DNA from: Tubiluchus corallicola | Lineage: Eukaryota > Animalia > Priapulida | Direction of reading: 5' to 3' | NCBI GenBank assembly: GCA_030141605.1 | Contig: JAQGDQ010000076.1 | Span: 124,001-188,000, forward strand | DNA length: 64,000 bases | In this document: positions 15,001-26,300 of the stretch, one piece after another | Layout: each line of letters opens with the position of its first letter | How positions within the stretch are numbered: the first letter of the stretch is position 1 | The notes under the pieces: generated by a model | The model's database searches: none | What the model was told of the DNA's origin: nothing | Seen by the model: only the letters and a program-made list of their open reading frames with translations | Program-made: the position numbers and the translations under genes

Positions 15001-18000
15001 ATCTGATCTGGGATTTTAAAACAATTAACAATGTTTGTTCCATATAAATGTTCTAAAAGTATCGGCACCATAACATTAGATATAAATTTCCAGTTCAAAA
15101 ATTTTTCTAGTTCACACAAAACAACTTATTTCAAACAACAATATTGCTATCATTATTGTTGTTATAAAAAAATAAAGTGGACAATAATATTATTACGCTA
15201 AAATCTAGCTACCTACCACAGTTTATGTCAAAACCTTTGCCTTCCTTGGCATTCTCAGGAAATCCAGCTGTAAGAAGACAGTGCTCTATTACTGCTGGTC
15301 CAAACGGAAAATGGGGATTTAAGGTTTTCTTCAACGTGTCGTTAGATTTTGAATTCAGCACTAATTCCCTAAGTCTGAAAAGAATGCAATTTTGTAAAAC
15401 TAATATACCAAAGTTTAAACGTGACACAGAGAAAAGTCACCAAATTCAAGAGGGTAAACATTAGCATAATGCAAGTTAGCATAACTAGTTCACAACATTA
15501 TGTTTTGAAATGCTTTAACAGCTGACAGAAAAACATCAAAATACTTCTGGAGAAACCAGTAGCGAAACATGATCTAACAAATTTGATTATGAATGAAAAC
15601 TCTGCGCTTGAGTGTGTCAGTCTCTGTTATAGAGATAGTAGCTGTATCGACATCGGTATTCAAAAAAAAAGATGATGCTATAGGTTTCAAATGCTAAAAG
15701 TGCTATTGTAACCAAGATACAAACCTTTCAACATCAGGAAGAGGGTTTGCTGCTTTTGCTGCATTCACTGGATATTTTTCTTTAACTGCAAACTTTACGT
15801 CTTCTGTCTGGTCCGTTCGAGGTCGTAGAATGTTCAGAATTGTATATTCGTAGTCTGTCAACACAATGTTGCCCTATAAAAACAAAGGCACCCAGTATTA
15901 ATAGACCTTATGCAATTACTAATTCAGCTTTAATGTATAAATGTGAAAATTGTTCCAATTACACAATATTAAAGCAAGAACTGATAAGAAATGTGACATA
16001 AAATTAGCAAAGGAACCCTAGGTCATATTATTTTATTTCCATTAAATTAAAAACTCTATAATATAAAAGTGAAAGTGTGTGTTCGCTTGTTTCTTATAGC
16101 AATGAATACAGTGAATTAGAATAAAATGTGGCATAGAGGTTGGAGATGACATAGGCCCTCAAAATATCCTTGGACAAAAGTTTAGCTCAATTTTTGCTTG
16201 ACTATAAGAAGAATTCTCTGGGTGATGTGATGTCATTATATAAGACTGCAGGAAAATACACAATTATGAAGACTCGAGATTTGATCAATTAACATTAAAG
16301 TAGCAGCACGAGATACAAATAATTAGTCATACTCAAATGGTCATAGTATTTTTTTAACTAATTTTGGGAATTACAAACTTTTCTGCTCTAAAAAGATAAA
16401 CACTTTATATTGGCCAGCCATAATGTCGATCATAACACACGAGTTGAGGCAACAAGAAACAGCAGTTTCGAAAATGCATTTATGTTAAAATATGTATATA
16501 ACAAAAGTCACAATGCAAGGCATGATGAAAATTTGTCTGTTTGTCTCTGAACTTCATCGAGAGGAAAAAAAGTCGTGCAAATATGTATGGCTGCAGGTGG
16601 CTTTGGTGGCTCAAGCCCTTTGAATAATAATACTTGAACTTAGACGAGTGGGATTGTGTCGAGTGCTTCACAGGATGCGAAGCTTTTCTTATGAGATGAT
16701 AAAACCTCCCAGTAAACAAGTGTATACCTAACAATTGCCTATGATTGCATTACCTGGAAAGAGACTGTGACAAGACTTTAAGAGATAGTGTATTGGTCAA
16801 AAAGAGTTATTGTTCTACATCGTAATAAAGAGCTATTTAAAGTTTATTATGCACCAAAGTGTCCAGTGTCCGGCATCTGGCTACCAGCATCTGCTGCAAA
16901 AATTTTTGGTGTCATCACTCACTGACATTATATGCCTTATTTCTCACTTCCAGAGCCTGGATGCAGATGCCAGATGTACCATAGCTCTCATTACCCTAAT
17001 GTGGTTATTAATGTTTAGTACTGTGCATATCATTAATAAATAACTATTTTGGTTTTGGTTTCTCATAATGAGAGCATTGAGGACCTGGCTGTACACTGTA
17101 CATACTAAGACACAGATGAAAAGTTGAGTTCTTCTGCACCAATATTGGACACTGGACAGTTTGGCCAATTAAGGCAGCTATAATATTTTGCCCACAACAA
17201 ATGGCAACAATTCCAGCTGTCATCTCTCAGCCAAATAAAGAATTATTACAAGTAAGAAGTTTTGCTGCATTTTCTTGACAAATTTGTTGCAGGTTTAGCC
17301 AGTTTTAATCAAATGTTATTTGCACAAACTTTCACAACTTCACCAACAAGTTGTCATCAGGTGAAGTTGGGTCGTCTATAAAATACAAGCCCTAACATTT
17401 TTCAACTACGGATTAAAATAATCATATGGCAAAGCTTTGGTACACATTCTAATATTAAGGGTGTCTCTTGTAAAAAATATGTTTTATGCATTTCTGCAGA
17501 TCTGCAGCAACAGAGCTTAGTATAATATGCTATGTAAGGAAACAACCACCTTGGAATCCCTGCAAATCTTCCTAGACTACCGAAGGCTCAAAGCACCTTA
17601 CACACGAATACCACATAAAAGCTTTAAATTACCCTATCGTAAAGCTCCAAAATAATATGATATGCTGCTTCACCAGAACCAAACTGCAAATCCACCACAC
17701 GGTCAACTCCCAGCTGAGTGATGTTCTCCAGTCTTCGAGATCGCAGGTGCTTTCTTAACTACATGACAAAAGCTTTATTTAACAAGAATAGAAAGAAGAA
17801 GAATAATGAGAATCATTCCTTACATACATATACGTGTGTCATTACTATACGACTGTCCTCAGTAAAAACTGTGACATTTACAAGCTGCTATTTTTGACAG
17901 TTTTTGCTCATGTTTGACATGAAAACTTAATACAACTGCTCCAGTTCCGCTGAAAGCTCCAAAATTAATCATCCTAATCACAAACTAAACTGAGAATGCC

Positions 18001-21000
18001 AAACGGCTTCCTCAAAACACCGGCTCATAAACAGGATGTACCTTCATAGAAAAGCCAGAAGGCATAGTGTTCTTCGGCCAGTCGAATTCAGTGCTATGTA
18101 TTCTGTTACCAGACTCCAAAAGTAACATAGATTTGTCGTTTCCACTAAAACAATGAAGAAAATATTAAACTGTGTCAAAAAAGTCAAATATAACACTGCA
18201 GCATATAAAAATGTGCTAAATTTTGGATTATTTTCTCTTAAACACCACCAGAATTTTTTCTGTTAAGAGACAATAAATACATATAATAAATGAAAAGAAA
18301 AACACACATACAAGCAGTTCTTGGAACACTTCTCTTTGATTTACAACTACCTTTGTAGGGTTTACATGCATATCTACACGACTTTGTGTAACATCTACTT
18401 TAACTACTTTGGTAAAGGAAATTAATATCATTCTCATAATTGACGTCATGTTATTCATATCAGTAAAAATAAGGCACAGATTATAACAGCTTAAGTGACC
18501 GCTTGTTTTCCATGGTGAGCAATAACAACTTCTTACTAATATTTACCTATTTTTTTTATTATAGCAAATGTCTGTACAAAGATTTTAAGGCAATTATTAA
18601 TTTCTTATTATATGTATTTTCATAGTTAGCAAATTCAACTTTGTCATATTTTTTTCCTGGAAAAAATTTTGGTGCCAACTATTCGCACTTTAAGCCTAAC
18701 AATTTTTTACTGATTGAGTAATTGGTTGACAAACATCTAATAAACACAACCATAAAACACATATGCGAGTTCAAATGACGATTTTTCCCTTATAATTATT
18801 GATCAACATTGATTTTATTGACCTTTGGCCACCAGAAATGGAGTGCAAAAACACCACAACATGTTTATTTAGTTATACTATTTTGACATGAAGCAACCGG
18901 CCCCTGTTCTCTTTTGTGACATGTTGCACATCACTTACTATTCTCATAATATTAATTACAACACAGTGAGGTACGTTTTCTCCACAGCAACGGTTTTGCT
19001 GTCTTATTGGCTTTCTCCAGTAGTTAGTATCAATTGGCAAAAATGAGAAAGTAAGCAAATACAACAAAAATTATAGTGCACATTAGCTGGCATTGAAATT
19101 TTCCATTGTTGTCGAAAAATGGCTTACATGAGACCTTGGAGGAAAGTAGCAAAAGTAACATTAAGCAAAGTAACATGATTCACTAAATAAAAACATGCTT
19201 TTTGACTAATTTTCTTTCTATTTTTCATCTACAAACTTTCCATTGCCGGTATTCACATAACTAATGAAGTATTTCCGGTAGCCGAGAGTTAGTTAGCTGT
19301 TTTTTAAGTTTTTACATTATGTATTGCATGCATCCACCTAGCTAACAGAAGCCTGTTAAGCTGCCGGATGGCACCATAGACATGCTTCTGTTACCTACAG
19401 TTTATGTGTTTACATCCGATCATGGAATCTTCCTGTCAGTGATGTCAGTAGAAAAATATTCTAATTTTAATTATTATCAACTACTTAACACACTGTCATA
19501 AGCCTTTGGCATTGTTTGTTTTTTGTGTATTTTTGTTATTTTTTCAAAATTTTGTTTGTTTTGCTTGTCGTTCATGTATCATGTACCAAACATGATATAC
19601 ACAAGCATAGTAGCTAAACACATTCATCAACAATGATTACCAGAAAAACTTTTCATTCATACACTTTACACCAAAACAACCTTATATCAAAGACAGCTGT
19701 TTTCCTCTAGGAACACTCAAATTTATCACAACTGACCATGGCAGAATCAGTGTTAATCAGAATTAGCGTGACTTTTTGATGTCAAGCAAAGAAAGGCACT
19801 AGAAAACAGAGATCTCTTGTTGCATTGAGATAATGACCAGCTAACCATTCTCTTCACTTACATACAACATTTGCTTCACATAGGTACATCCTAGGTTGGA
19901 ATCTGTGTGGCACATTTGGTATGTATCCAGGCATGAAAAATTTTGTTGGGGTACGAGTGATATATTACAAAATCCACATGTGGGTAATGTTATGCCAGCT
20001 ACGTGACAGCTGGATCAGTGAAGACATAGAACAAGGAAATAAAGTTACTTATTTCACTTAAAAAACAGATTTTTTTATCAGTTTCTTAAACAACAAAGAT
20101 GGCAACCAAATATAGCTGCACATAAGTGTACCATGTTTCATTTAGGTTTTGGTAATCCTTATCTTCAGTATTTTCTTGATGGCAACCCCCTTACTTATAG
20201 TAACGAATGTAATGACTTGGGTGTTACAGTATTGTCCGATTTGAAATTCTCGACACATTGTAAAACCATAGTTTCTAAAGCATTTCGTATGGTAAATATG
20301 ATTTTTCTGTGTTGCCACACTAAAAACAAAACTGCACTGTTGTCGGCTTATAAAGCTTAGGTGTGTTCCTTGTTGGAGTACTGCTCATCAGTGTGGTCCC
20401 CACACCATATACAAGACATTGACAGCATTGAAAAGGTCCAGAGATATTTTTCTCGTAGGCTGTACCAACGATGTCAGTTTAATTATGTTACTTATTTAGA
20501 CAGACTGTCGGTTCCTAGAATTGCAGCCTTGCCTGTGATCTTAAGATGGTATATAAAATTTGTCATAAAACAGTGGGTTTATGTTATGATTTTTTTATAG
20601 TATGCTTTAACTAATCACTTGAGTAGTCACTACTTTAAGTCTGTTTACGTCTTTCTCGAGATTAAAAGTATCAAAATTTTCATTTGCTAACAGAGTTGTA
20701 ACATTTAGAATGCGCTGGATTCTCATGTAGTGTTCGCTACCAGTTTGTCAGTTTTCAATAAAAGAATAGCTAATGTTAATCTACTGCCCTATTGCAACTT
20801 TATCCGAAACATGTAACATTGTCATTGGCATAACTGATTCTCTCCAAATCATACTATTGTATAAAACGTGTTGTATATAGTATATAATTGGTACATTTAG
20901 GTACATTTTATTAGGAGCTTTTTAATGACAGATATTCAACTTTAGGGTATTGTTTTTAGAAATTTTATTTTTGTGCATCTTTTATGTCTTATGGGATCAG

Positions 21001-23116
21001 CGTAAGTGCGCTTGTGGCTGCTGATTCTTTCTTTTATACAACTTTAATATATGTATAAATGTCAATAATAAACAAACAAATAAATAAATAATAAATACTA
21101 TTTTCACCAAGGTATTTGTTTAAAATAAGTGCAGTGATGTCATTACGACACCTCGGTATTCAACAGGAACAATGACAACGCCCAATTTTGCGCTTATAAC
21201 ATCCGTAGCTATGTGAATGCATTTATTTAAGAATTTTATGTTTACAAGCATGAACAATTTGGTGGTATAGGTGTGTAGACCTATAGGCGTATGGAGCACA
21301 ATGCTATACGGCCTGAGGGATTAGAAGCGCAAGGGCATTAACACGTGCCACAACATATTTCCAGCCTTGGCCGCATCAATCTTACCTGCCGAGCCGAATA
21401 AGGTAGGTCTTGTGATCAATATCGTAAATATTCAAAACTCTCAGTCCCAAATACCTGCAAGAAATAAAAAAAATAGCAATCACGCCACTCATTCATTTTA
21501 GCAGGTGATTAATAATCTTTGCTCAATTTCAATGTTAATTCTATTTGGTAAAAAAATATGTAACCTTTGAGTTCAAAAAAAAATATAAGTGTAATGTAAA
21601 GCGCCAATTGTCAGCTGTAGATCCATAACAACTGGCATTCATTTGCCAGCCGGTCCCATCTGTTATTCCTCAACCATGGCTCCCAGCTGTTAGACACTGT
21701 GTACTGCACAGAAAGACATATTACTCATTCAAACAGTGCAAAGGCATGTTACAATAATATTTTGTTGTAAAAATCTGAGATATTTAGAAAAACTGAATAT
21801 TGCAATTTGGCAATATTGCCAGTTACCAGTCATTGTCCTCTTCCACAGGCTATTGCCTTAACACTGCTTAACTTTTCACATTTGAATTAATAAAACACTG
21901 CAGATATTTAATTGAGGTTTATAAAATACTAACTAGGAATTAAAACATTTTATCTGAAAATTTCTGTAATTTATTTGCTGATTCAAAAACCAGAGGTCCA
22001 GAGGACATAATATATATGTTGGGAGTGGAGTATGACACTAGCCGAAGTAGGACAGTTGGCGTACATGAGCTTCCCAACTAGGACACTAGAGACTGGTCAT
22101 GAATTGAGTTCGGTTAACCGTACTGCCAACGTCCATTGTCCTTCTTTATTTAATAATAATAATAATAATTGAAAAGTGTATAATTTATTATACATCTGAT
22201 AAAATAAAAGAATGTTATTCTGAACTAGTACAAAAGCCATTACTAAATATGGCTTCGATATTGATCTTTTTGAAGTGAAATAAGCCCGCTTTTTAGGCGA
22301 TTCCAACATTTGCTTAAGGTATATCATTTTTTATTTTGTCTCGCTTCACAGTCCGTTTCACTACCTCTTGGACAAATAATTGTTTTCTTCTAAGTAAACA
22401 GGCTAGCGAGCTATGTGCCCTACATAGTTCCTCTCGTTAAAGCATTAGATACTTTAGTTTAATGTTATGACGATATTAATGAAGCTAATAATAATGATGA
22501 TATTATTGTAAAAAATACATTTGTAAATTGTCAAAGACTATCCATCATTATTAGAGTTACTTTTTTTCAAAAACAAATTTAGTTTTATGTTTTATTATGT
22601 CATAATTCTCGATTTTCGACAGAAATCGTCAGTACCCTACTCGGGCTGCCCACTCCTTTAGCGGAAGTGTACTAATTCGGCTGGTGGCGTTCTCGGCGCC
22701 CTACAATAATAATAATAATCTTTTTATTTATGTTGTAACACACGCACAGTTATAATACAATTAATTTGGAAACAAAAATGTGAAGAAAGGGCAGCGAAAG
22801 ACCAAACAGCTCAAAACTTTTTAAAAAGCTGTCACGTCTAAACATTCGTAAATATTCATTTACTGTGAGAGTAGTGAACGAATGTAATAATATGCGTGCT
22901 ATGGTGATTGTCGTACCAATTCTAGTAAATTGAAATCTTTAATTTATTATTACTTTCGAGGAAAATATGGTTTCGCTTCACCCCTTATCATGACAGTATA
23001 ATACAGCTTTTCACCGTCGAAAATGAATTTTAATTAAAATTATTTGTTACTGCATACCTAGACTTAATGTCTGACACAGCAGCCACAAGATCTATCGTAC
23101 TAAATCTTGTTTTCAT
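1..23116 (-). CDS. NEMF: Ribosome quality control complex subunit NEMF (Rqc2/Tae2 orthologue), multi-exon, 3' end runs off the window
   Basis: Phase-consistent exons in coding order: 23116-23058, 21454-21386, 18144-18042, 17758-17633, 15873-15725, 15374-15217, 14225-14087, 13122-12858, 12309-12149, 11622-11189, 10128-10016, 6025-5909, 5312-5229, 3939-3530, 2853-2667, 2414-2277, 1638-1402 (donor slightly uncertain), 985-882, 122-1. The translation begins [10 protein letters not shown] and includes [117 protein letters not shown] and KFKVKLVPG. These are hallmark NFACT-N, NFACT-R and NFACT-C motifs of NEMF. Confidence 0.96.
3985..4285 (-). mobile_element. 5S-derived SINE copy
   Basis: Minus-strand CTGAAGTATAGAATAGCCCTAGGCGTGGTTAGTAAATGGATGGGTGA is 5S-like. 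The distal segment tattcaacactaagacctactcaatgtagatgg resembles tatttaacagtaggacctattaatgtgaatgg near 54923. Confidence 0.55.
6181..8464 (-). mobile_element. Decayed Kolobok-like DNA transposon in NEMF intron 11
   Basis: TTAA duplication at 6177-6180 and 8465-8468. Perfect 13-bp TIR AGGGGGAATATCA...TGATATTCCCCCT, extending imperfectly. RR termini plus TTAA is the Kolobok signature. A broken THAP-like reading lies on the minus strand at about 8040-7870 (CVIPGFSN*...[26 protein letters not shown]). Confidence 0.75.
8720..9230 (-). mobile_element. 5S rRNA-derived SINE copy interrupted by the piggyBac MITE
   Basis: Removing the MITE and one TTAA gives, on the minus strand, ...TGGTCGAGTG...CCGAAATTAAGATGGCGTCAAAGCTGGCTAGTGATTGGATGGGTTAACCACC. 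This resembles the 5S internal control region (GAAGCTAAGCAGGGTCGGGCCTGGTTAGTACTTGGATGGGAGACCGCC). The 3' boundary is approximate. Confidence 0.6.
8813..9184. mobile_element. piggyBac-type MITE (372 bp)
   Basis: TTAA at 8809-8812 and 9185-9188; 11-bp TIR CCCTTTCACTA...TAGTGAAAGGG; CCC termini; no transposase coding. Confidence 0.8.
14321..14776. mobile_element. MITE with about 35-bp terminal inverted repeats
   Basis: The left end TATGCTTGCATAGCAAAATCGTCCATAAGTCGGCA matches the reverse complement of the right end, TGTGCTTGCAAACCAAAACCGTCCATAAGTCGGCA. No TSD was resolved. Confidence 0.7.
16055..16328 (+). mobile_element. Possible non-autonomous Helitron-like element
   Basis: It starts TCTATAATATAAAAGTGAAAGTGTGTG, contains aaaatgtggcatagagg and ends ...gcacgagatacaaataattagt. 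This recalls small invertebrate Helitron repeats but is degenerate. Confidence 0.35.
16854..17164. mobile_element. Inverted-repeat-bounded element (probable MITE remnant)
   Basis: CCAAAGTGTCCAGTGTCC (16854-16871) and GGACACTGGACAGTTTGG (17147-17164) form a 17/18 inverted match. Confidence 0.45.
20090..21096 (+). mobile_element. 5'-truncated, decayed CR1/L2-group LINE (ORF2 C-terminus plus 3' tail), antisense within NEMF intron 2
   Basis: Translation [16 protein letters not shown]...[41 protein letters not shown] is the typical post-RT region of CR1/L2 elements. It has an in-frame stop and later frameshifts, and ends in an AATAA plus (AAAC/AAAT)n tail at about 21065-21096. Confidence 0.85.
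22790..22960 (+). mobile_element. Short CR1/L2 LINE 3' fragment
   Basis: CGTAAATATTCATTTACTGTGAGAGTAGTGAACGAATGTAAT encodes [14 protein letters not shown], matching the R..FF..RVV..WN terminal motif of CR1-type ORF2. Confidence 0.5.
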
Positions 23117-23359
23117 ATTGTCTCAATGTTTATTTAAAATTCAGTACAAAGTAACAATTTTATCTCCACGGGGAAATGTTCGCATCTTACATTACAGAGA
23201 GCCGACATGTTGAAATGATGCTGCCACCTACTCTGGCATGAAATGATTTAAAATCCCACAGTGCATTGCACGTAAACAAAATTAACAAATACGTCCAGCG
23301 TTCTATGCAGACAACGGAGTGATAGTTGTGCCTGTATTTTTAACTAAAAATCATCAAAA
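23117..23359. promoter_or_regulatory. Putative bidirectional promoter and 5' UTRs between NEMF and the peripherin-like gene
   Basis: Only 243 bp separate the two divergent start codons. Transcription starts are not visible in the sequence. Confidence 0.55.
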
Positions 23360-26300
23360 ATGCCAGTTTTACCGATTAGGTTTTCAGAACCAGGGCGAGA
23401 AAAACTAGGCACAAGTCTAGCAGTAACAAACACGTTCATGACAATGCTAGGCATTTCTATTATCTTGCTAGGAGTAATACTGAAGTTTGCCATAGAAGAT
23501 CGTCTAAGTTTGATTGATGCTTATGATGAGGGCGTATTATCAAGTATGGTTATAGCTACTGGTGGAGTAATCGCAGTTATCCACTGTCTTGGCGCTAAAA
23601 TATGGAAAGACCTTGGCTATCACAAAACGCGAGAACGATTTACAAGTATAATGATGTTGTGGATGCTAATTACATTTGTCGAAACTTGGGTTATTCTGAC
23701 AGCTGGTAACAGGAGAAATATTTTTGTTTACACCGTGTACTCCTAATTCTCTAATTTCTTCCAGAAATCGTTGATAGTCAGTGTGCTGATAGACAGTTTG
23801 TAAATATGTAAAATATATAACGTATAAGTTTAAAATAATACTTTATTTTTTGACTGATGCATTTGCCTCCAACAGTGTCTGTTTTTTAGCTTTCACTGAT
23901 TGAATACTTTAGTATTTTGTTATGATTCTTAATATTATTATGGCAAATAAAGATGTTACCTACTTACTTACTGTTGGATCAGCTAACTTAAATCCCTAAT
24001 TCAATATATATGCACTTTAACGTTCAAATAGGAATCCACGATTTACACCAGTCAGTACAAAATTCAGAATTTACAAACCACTCCTGTCAGCATTAATTAT
24101 CCCTCCATTTCTGACTCCCCTCTCTGGATTTTAAATAATCCTTACATGAGCCGTATCAGCATTCTTCTTTGAAGACATGCCTACAGATTAATAATGTTTT
24201 CAATACTGGTTAATATGTGATACGTTTAACATTGTGCCGGAAAAAAGCGTAAAACAAAATACGTAACCTTAGTTAAACGACTCCTCCTTTCTTCCCATTA
24301 TTTCGCTATATCAGAGCTGAGTGTGTTTAACACTTCAAAATGTACTTCTAGACTTCTGAAATTGCATTTTGATTTTTTAAGAAAATTGACTTTAAACTTA
24401 GCTTGATAACACACGAATTAAATAGAATGTTACATTCCTTAAATTAAATAATGGTCGTGTGATTCTTACTTACAGCGTTTATGTGTAAGACACACCAAGG
24501 ATTTTTAAGAGATGGTTTTGGGCAAGGATTGGTAAAAGCACTCAACCAGTATAGCACGGACAATTCAATGAAAATCATCATTGACAGGTAAGAAACAAAA
24601 CGGATAACCGACTAGGCTAACACTGCTTCGCCAAAAATATCGTCAAGTCTAGTATTTTTATTAGTAAGTAGAAGTAGTACTTTAGTTGATTTAATTGATT
24701 ATTAGAGGATTTTAATAAAACCACGTCACCGAAAAACCAGTGTACAAGTGTCAATAAAGTTTTTGCAAGACTTGTTTACAGTATGTTCAGTTTTCCAATA
24801 CCTATAATGTATGAGTAGCCTGCAGATCTATCCGTTTCTGACAAAAAATCTTGTGATTTTTCTAGATTATGCTGTTGTTCTGCAAAGTTTTATTAGTTAT
24901 TTGTTTTAATTCAGGTTACAGATGGATTTAAAATGTTGTGGTAGTTCCAGTTACTCAGACTGGTTTAATGTGTCTTGGCGTAACATGGATTATATAAATA
25001 AAGATAACAAAAATGTAAAACAGTAAGTAAAAAACATTATAACTTAAGTTGTGCACAATGCCACCATACATCTCGTAGCTAAAGAATACAATATTTAGCG
25101 AGCGCTTTTTATACAATTCGTTACCCTGTAGAAAACGGAATTAAACGTGTCAATAACAAGGGTCTACACTCTACAGTGTAGATGACTGTAATTAGACCAG
25201 AATCTTTTTGATTATCAACGATGACCCTCTAAAATATTTTCTAAAATAAATTGATATGTGATAGTCAATGTAGCTAAGCTTCGATGCAAAGAAATTTCTG
25301 CGGTTGAATTTTTTCATTGTAACTAAAAACAATGGTAACAGTTCTAAATTTGATTTACCGCCTCTGATTAGGTATTGCGTTGAGTAAGGTTTTTGTGCAG
25401 ACCACCTTGATTACTGGGTCAACACTAGAAGTACATTACGTACTCTGAGTGAAATTAGGAAAGACATCATTGTCTTTATCTTTACTTTTCTTTTTGACTT
25501 TTTCTTTTACTTTTATTTTATCTCTGTCCTTATTTTTGTGTTGTCTTTATTTTTATTTTCATATTTATCTTTATCTTTATTTTTACTTTATTCTTTATCT
25601 TTATAATTTTTCTTAATTTTTTATTTTGCCATTATTTTTATTTTTATTTTTCTCTTTATCTTCACATTTATCTTTATTTTTAAATCTTAATTTTTGTACT
25701 ATCAATTGCTTTATATTAACATTGCTGATTTTCTTTTATAGAATGCTAACTAAAGATGGAGAGTTGTTATTGGATAGTGTTCCCTTCAGTTGCTGCAGTC
25801 CAGACGTGCTAATGCCATGTAAGCAAAATCAGGTATAATTGTTTAACGAATCTTCGAATAGTTATTAATTGAACGATAGCATTAGGCCGCCAATGTTTTC
25901 CAATGTTTTTGAAACCTTTATAGACGCCAGGTGCAGCCGAGGTGCAATTTCATAAACTGTTCGTTTTGGTGAATGTGTGAACAAGCGTGCCCACAAACAC
26001 TTTGTGGACAAATGTTCCTAGCTGCGGAATCCGGGTGCGAAAGGGAATTTGTGTACTCCGACCTTGTACCAACAATGTTGAACGTGCTTGTTTGTCCACG
26101 TTTTTCAATTGTTTTACTTACACAATGAGGACATTATTCTTAATTCGATATGTAGTAAACAGTTTTATCTACAACCAAAGAAAAGGATTGAAACCGAACC
26201 GTTTTGAAATTTGCCATCACTAACGTTGTGACTTTTTCTGAGTGGCCAGACGACTGCTGTACTACAAACTTCAGGGCAAATTTCACTACGAGTTTACGCT

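Noticed and set aside
20133-20600. Nested host gene, or stop-codon readthrough between two adjacent in-frame ORFs
   Set aside because: The motifs identify a decayed CR1/L2 LINE ORF2 with a nonsense mutation.
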